Source: Leptolyngbyaceae cyanobacterium
GTDB lineage: Bacteria > Cyanobacteriota > Cyanobacteriia > Phormidesmidales > Phormidesmidaceae
Reading direction: 5' to 3'
NCBI GenBank assembly: GCA_050331235.1
Contig: JBHJHA010000111.1
Location: forward strand, 1 to 18,354
DNA length: 18,354 nt
Part shown: in pieces, positions 16,235 through 18,354 of the stretch
How the letters are laid out: each line of letters begins with the position of its first letter
How positions within the stretch are numbered: the stretch's first letter is position 1
Made by a program: the position numbers and the translations under genes
The notes under the pieces: model-generated
Databases searched by the model: none
Told to the model about the DNA's origin: nothing
The model's input: the letters and a program-made list of their open reading frames with translations, nothing else

Positions 16235-17365
16235 CTACTGCTCAATCACCAATCTCGAGAGGCTAGTGCCAGGGTAGTATACGCCTAGGATTTGCTCATA
16301 GCGATAACCCTGCACCGCATGATCTTTGGCCCCGTGTTGACTCATGCCTTGGCCACCGTGGGCTTCCTGCACGATTTGGTCAGAGGCGGCATAGAGCGAT
16401 TCAACAATGCCGCCTTGATAGCTAATGAACTCCCCCGCCGTCTCAGTCACCGCCAATTGAGTATTGGCAGTCTCCAGGTTGATTCCCTTATAGGCTTGAA
16501 AGCGCTGCGTATTGTCCAAATCGTAGTAATCGCTAGCGGGTCGCACATGGTGGGTCAAGGCATAGGAGCGGGCCGCTACCGCCTGTGCCTTCAGCGCCTC
16601 TAAGGGCCAGTGGTGATACATTTCACTGCCTACGACGCTAGACAAATAGTCTCCTAGCCGTACAAAGTTTACCGCAATGAGTTGGCCCCCGTCGTTGTAA
16701 ATGAGTACCCGTCCTTTAAACCAGCCATTTTTAACAAATACATAGCCACCCTGCTCGGCTTCTAACCAAACGGCTCCAGAGAGTTGGCAGTCACCAAAGC
16801 TAATCCCCGCAGCAGTGGGATAGGCAGTCAAACTCGTTTGGGCCGGCAAATCGCAGTGGGTAGAACCATCGGTATTAATCACCCAGCCTGAGGCGCTAGA
16901 TCCCACTGTTAGCGCAGCAACGTTGCGGGCTACGGCGACGCGCATCTCTAGTACGTTGTCGATTACGTCTTCACTGACTGTCACTGTTGCGGGAGAGGCT
17001 GAGGGCTGCGTAGTCAGGGTGGGCGCTGCTGTAGCAGCACTCTGGGGAGAGGTGGTAGCACCTGAAGACGTAGCGGCGGCTGTCGACTGTGCAGGCTCCG
17101 GTACCGTTGCGGCTTGACTTTCTTGCTGCGATCGCTCGATGCGGTACAAGTCCACCACGGCTTGGCGAACGACCCCGGTGCTGCGCCACAGACTGTCTTC
17201 GACTACCTGATGCTCGTGACTGGCAGAAAACGGCAGCGCTCGCACCATGAGAGCACCTGACAACAGTGCGCCACTGGCAAACGTCAGCCGCCGCAGCGGT
17301 AGTCGAGGTTCTCGATTGCATAACCGCTGTATGCGCAGCCACTCTTGTTGAAACTGCAACGCCAT
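16235..17365 (-). CDS. SpoIID/LytB-domain protein (putative lytic transglycosylase)
   Basis: YLSSVVGSEM, WPLEALKAQAVAARSYA, GQGMSQHGA and QILGVYYPGT. N-terminal hydrophobic anchor and S/T/A/P-rich linker. Start uncertain. Confidence 0.85.
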   Translation of the reverse strand: MALQFQQEWLRIQRLCNREPRLPLRRLTFASGALLSGALMVRALPFSASHEHQVVEDSLWRSTGVVRQAVVDLYRIERSQQESQAATVPEPAQSTAAATSSGATTSPQSAATAAPTLTTQPSASPATVTVSEDVIDNVLEMRVAVARNVAALTVGSSASGWVINTDGSTHCDLPAQTSLTAYPTAAGISFGDCQLSGAVWLEAEQGGYVFVKNGWFKGRVLIYNDGGQLIAVNFVRLGDYLSSVVGSEMYHHWPLEALKAQAVAARSYALTHHVRPASDYYDLDNTQRFQAYKGINLETANTQLAVTETAGEFISYQGGIVESLYAASDQIVQEAHGGQGMSQHGAKDHAVQGYRYEQILGVYYPGTSLSRLVIEQ

Positions 17366-17452
17366 AACGATTGTCCAATGATTACAAGCTGACCCAAATA
17401 ACACCCTCTATTCTGGCATAATTTAATCGCATTGTGGGGCAACTTGGCCAAC

Positions 17453-18213
17453 TCATCTGAGCAACGCTTGGGTGACTAAGCGCAAATCAAGTGTCATCGG
17501 CGCATCTGGATGAATCCGTAAAGGGGGCAGTGGGTCAGGAACTGTCCCTGTGAGCAGTGGTGAACACTGTGACCGAAGTCGTGATCGTGCCATACCGGGA
17601 GCATCAGGGAGGGATAAATCCGCAGGACGAGGAACCTGTGGATCATATTTCACCCCTCCGAGAAAACGCGACTGCCAAGTATCGATCACTTCAAACCACA
17701 AAGGCACCTGGGGCGAAAAGGGAGGTGATGGTGTAGACCCCAGTCCCCGAGTCCGAAATCTGACCGCCCCCACGTAGTCACCGGCGACCCCAGTTGATCG
17801 CAGCGGTACCGGATGGCCATTGCATAAAATGATGTAGCGACTGGCTAAGGTGCCGGGGTGAGGCGTCTCGCCGACGGCCCCCGTCAGAAATAGCTGTAAT
17901 CGCTCCATCGAACTGTCAATCAGCCGCAATGCGCCCTGATGACTGACATCGCCCATCACTGGGCATGGTTCCAATGCGGTCCGGATTTCCAAAGCATGCC
18001 CCGGATTATCTGACAAGGAAAGCTTGGCATGTTGCGGGAAGCGACGCAGCAGCAAAGGGGCAAACCAATCCAGTTCAAAAGCGTAGCCGGCGGTTTTCAA
18101 CTCTTTAAGCACCGCTTGAAAATCTTGAATGAGATAGTGGGGCATCAACCAGCGATCGCGCAGCTCCGGGCCCCAGCGAATGAGCGGCTTAGTGTAGGGC
18201 TGTTGCCAAAACC
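17453..18213 (-). pseudogene. 3' remnant of a DUF2126 (transglutaminase-associated putative amidoligase) gene, interrupted by IS1
   Basis: FWQQPY..LIRWGPELRDRWLMPH, RFP, ALEP, DSSMERLQ, CNGHPVPL and TLDLR resemble the C-terminal part of DUF2126 proteins. The apparent GTG start lies inside the IS end. Confidence 0.72.
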
Positions 18214-18354
18214 GGTAGTCCACTAAGGTAAAGGACAGAGGAAAATAAACCCATCTACTATTTCCAGAGGTCTAGCCGCGATGGCGATAGAAATGACCTG
18301 CCCCACCTGCGGCTCCCACGACATCTCCAAGAACGGTACGACCCGCAGAGGCAA
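18214..18354 (+). mobile_element. IS1-family insertion sequence, left end (continues beyond the window)
   Basis: Begins with GGTAGTCCACTAAG, an IS1-like GGTAGT terminus, exactly where the host gene similarity stops. An InsA-like ORF follows. Confidence 0.75.
18281..18354 (+). CDS. IS1-family transposase N-terminus (InsA-like zinc ribbon), partial
   Basis: Translates to MAIEMTCPTCGSHDISKNGTTRRG(K), with the CPxCGS..I.KNG motif. The start could be 18293. The ORF runs off the window end and is absent from the ORF track. Confidence 0.82.
   Translation, partial: MAIEMTCPTCGSHDISKNGTTRRG

Larger units (their letters stand above)
475..18159. repeat. Dispersed HIP1 octamer GCGATCGC
   Basis: About 25 copies found by eye (e.g. 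475, 1168, 1638, 1738, 2447, 3653, 3693, 4552, 7510, 8825, 12588, 15463, 18152), versus fewer than 1 expected by chance. Confidence 0.9.

Noticed and set aside
655..18226. Numerous 60-160 aa antisense or alternate-frame ORFs in the track
   Set aside because: They are shadows of well-supported genes and carry no family motifs.
1..18354. CRISPR arrays, tRNA or rRNA genes
   Set aside because: No regularly spaced repeats or cloverleaf/rRNA signatures were seen; the 22-bp repeat occurs only twice, at promoters.

Overview
This is a cyanobacterial chromosomal window: about 25 HIP1 GCGATCGC octamers counted by eye, plus cyanobacterial DUF3120, DUF2993, DUF4079 and pentapeptide genes. The left 7.7 kb is an all-minus-strand, two-regulator arsenic/metalloid cluster: arsR1, an orphan pstS-like lipoprotein, acr3, a small Cys-rich SAM methyltransferase, arsC, a 540-bp gap, a CoA-disulfide-reductase/Nox-like flavoprotein, arsR2 (two C-terminal Cys-Cys pairs, apparently leaderless) and an ArsP/DUF318 permease. 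Two distinct operator families are visible in the DNA. Next is a non-canonical ferrochelatase-family chelatase with a poly-His tail, preceded by a CsoR/RcnR/InrS-like G/C-tract palindrome. After that come DUF3120, DUF2993 (HLR1-like site on its -10), a DICT sensor fused to a catalytically degenerate HD-GYP domain, a pentapeptide-repeat protein, DUF4079, a GT2 glycosyltransferase, a TPMT/halide-type methyltransferase and a SpoIID/LytB protein. The window ends with the 3' remnant of a DUF2126-type gene cut by an IS1-family element. All family calls come from motif recognition by eye; no database searches were run.
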